This document shows positions 49,101 to 51,064 of a DNA stretch of 51,064 nucleotides, in pieces (within the stretch, counting starts at the first letter, position 1; every line of letters starts with the position of its first letter). The DNA lies in the IMG/VR virus record IMGVR_UViG_2534681675_000014; one strand, written 5' to 3'. The notes beneath the pieces were generated by a model, which worked only from the letters and a program-made list of their open reading frames with translations, did no database searches and had not been told where the DNA came from. Position numbers and translations under genes: made by a program. This DNA comes from a virus (taxonomy: Duplodnaviria > Heunggongvirae > Uroviricota > Caudoviricetes).

Positions 49101-49251
49101 AGGTGCACACGCGCATACTGTCGGTATTGGTGCTCATACGCACTCCGTTGCGATTGGTTCACATGGACACACCATCACCGTTAACGCTGCTGGTAACGCG
49201 GAAAACACCGTCAAAAACATCGCATTTAACTATATTGTGAGGCTTGCATAA
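46181..49251 (+). pseudogene. stfR: Side tail fibre gene (StfR-like) interrupted by a 1-nt frameshift near codon 113
   Basis: N-terminal frame reads ...[10 protein letters not shown] then switches to -1 frame [22 protein letters not shown]... which continues to 49251; could be a sequencing error. Confidence 0.65.
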
Positions 49252-49826
49252 TGGCATTCAGAATGAGTGAACAACCACGGACCATAAAAATTTATAATCT
49301 GCTGGCCGGAACTAATGAATTTATTGGTGAAGGTGATGCATATATTCCGCCTCATACAGGTCTGCCAGCAAACAGTACCGATATTGCACCGCCAGATATT
49401 CCGGCTGGCTTCGTGGCTGTTTTCAACAGTGATGAGTCATCGTGGCATCTCGTTGAAGATCATCGGGGTAAAACGGTTTATGACGTGGCTTCCGGCGACG
49501 CGTTATTTATTTCTGAACTCGGTCCGTTACCGGAAAATGTTACCTGGTTATCGCCGGAAGGGGAGTTTCAGAAGTGGAACGGCACAGCCTGGGTGAAGGA
49601 TACGGAAGCAGAAAAACTGTTCCGGATCCGGGAGGCGGAAGAAACAAAAAACAACCTGATGCAGGTAGCCAGTGAGCATATTGCGCCGCTTCAGGATGCT
49701 GCAGATCTGGAAATTGCAACGGAGGAAGAAATCTCGTTGCTGGAAGCATGGAAAAAGTATCGGGTATTGCTGAACCGTGTTGATACGTCAACTGCACAGG
49801 ATATTGAATGGCCAGCACTGCCGTAG
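49251..49826 (+). CDS. tfaR: Tail fibre assembly protein (Tfa)
   Basis: 191 aa; start overlaps stf stop (ATAATG); position. Confidence 0.8.
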
Positions 49827-49923
49827 GGTAAAACATATAAATTCTATAATTAGATGTATCTTTCCATTTACGGCAAGGAAGGGGGCTTGGAAGACGTAAA
49901 GCATCTCACACCGAGATTATTTT

Positions 49924-50514
49924 TTATATGTCAGGTGTCTGAAGTTTTGCTTTGGCTCTTAAAATGGTTTGCCGCGAGGTTTTGAATTCCCGGGCAATGG
50001 CACTTATACTTACACCTGACTTAATTCGTTCGAATACCACCTGTTTCTGTTCTTCATTTAACACAGGTGGTCGACCAAAACGTTTCCCTGCGCCGCGGGC
50101 TCTTACTATCCCGGAATGAGTGCGTTCAAGTAAAAGGTCTCGTTCAAATTCAGCGACTGCTGAAATTACTTGCATCATCATTTTTCCTGTTGGACTGGTC
50201 AGGTCAATGCCACCCAATGCTAAGCAATGCACTCTGATACCTGTTTCGGTCAGTTGTTCCACTGTTTTCCTGATATCCATTGCATTACAACCAAGGCGAT
50301 CCAGTTTTGTCACAATCAATTGATCACCACATTTCAGGCGAGCAAGCAACCGGTTAAAACCAGGACGCTCACTGGTTGCTGCTGAGCCGCTAATGTGTTC
50401 TTCGATTATTTGCTGAGGTTTGATTTTAAAACCTGCACTTTCGATTTCCCGGCGTTGATTTTCGGTGGTCTGATCCAGCGTTGATATCCGACAGTAAGCA
50501 AAAATTCGAGACAT
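49924..50514 (-). CDS. pinR: Serine recombinase / DNA invertase Pin
   Basis: 196 aa; sequence recalled as PinR, Gin/Hin/Cin family. Confidence 0.9.
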
Positions 50515-50830
50515 AGTGAGACTCTATACGAAATTGGTGTTCATATCATAATGCATCTCAGAAAATAATTATGATTATTTTTGTGCATATTTGTATGTAC
50601 ACGTTCGAAAATAAACGAATGCGTATGCAACCCCGTAATTTTGGTGAGACCCAAAATCGATTTTGTGAAAAATGGCTTTAACTCGGTTTGTTTTTCGAGT
50701 TCCGGGCGGACTCAAGGAAGAAGAATAGTGTTGCGTGTTATTTTAACCAGATTTCAAGTTGTTTGGTCGTGGAAAAGTGGAGCAAAATGTTGTTAAAGTG
50801 GAAAAATGATAAAAAAGTAAGTTTATTATA

Positions 50831-51064
50831 TTATATTTTACCATTTAAATTTTGGTTGTCTTTAAGAACTGATATCGCTGTTTGTAATAATTCTTTGTTA
50901 TCCAGCCATGATTTTTTCTTTATGTTTCCTTCAATGTAATCAAGCAATGTTCTGGTATTGATAGGTCTTCCCTGTTTTGCTACTTCCACTACAGCATCCC
51001 CTAGGATAATTCTTACTTCAGGAAGCTGCGCAGGGAACCACTTTAGGGTGTCTTTTGATTTCAT
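50831..51064 (-). CDS. ynaE: YnaE/YdfK-like cold-shock-induced prophage protein
   Basis: 77 aa MKSKDTLKWFPAQLPEVRIILGDAVVEVAKQ...; ATG is the last codon of the window; AT-rich. Confidence 0.7.
   Translation of the reverse strand: MKSKDTLKWFPAQLPEVRIILGDAVVEVAKQGRPINTRTLLDYIEGNIKKKSWLDNKELLQTAISVLKDNQNLNGKI

Overview
This window is an almost complete Rac-type lambdoid prophage of Escherichia coli, read from sequence only (no database search was possible). It runs from the integrase at the window start to ynaE at the window end, so both attachment sites lie outside. Gene order: int-xis, ydaC, ralR, recT/recE, racC/ydaE/kilR, sieB, ydaF/ydaG, a CI-type repressor with Cro-like and YdaT-like genes, an iteron-containing replication gene, a nin/Q region, a phage-21-type lysis cassette (pinholin, SAR endolysin, Rz/Rz1), trkG, a ParB-like gene, terminase/portal/head genes, a lambda-like tail module (V, G/GT, H, M, L, K, I, J), lom, a side tail fibre with Tfa, and the Pin invertase. 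The main candidate for an undescribed system is an AT-rich, three-gene, translationally coupled operon on the antisense strand (12024..14174) with a PD-(D/E)xK-like motif in its last protein, next to a Hok/Mok toxin and flanked by two Q-family antiterminator paralogs. Other notable points: an intact IS2 with a 5-bp target duplication just upstream of the holin; a convergent unknown gene pair and a string of minus-strand terminator-like hairpins in the Q-to-lysis cargo region; two unknown genes inserted between holin and endolysin; a ParB-like plus GT-A-like gene pair upstream of the terminase; a 1-nt frameshift splitting the side-tail-fibre gene; and a classic A_AAA_AAG slippery site for the tail chaperone G/GT fusion. 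Functional names rest on recalled protein sequences and synteny and are hypotheses until checked by profile or structure searches.
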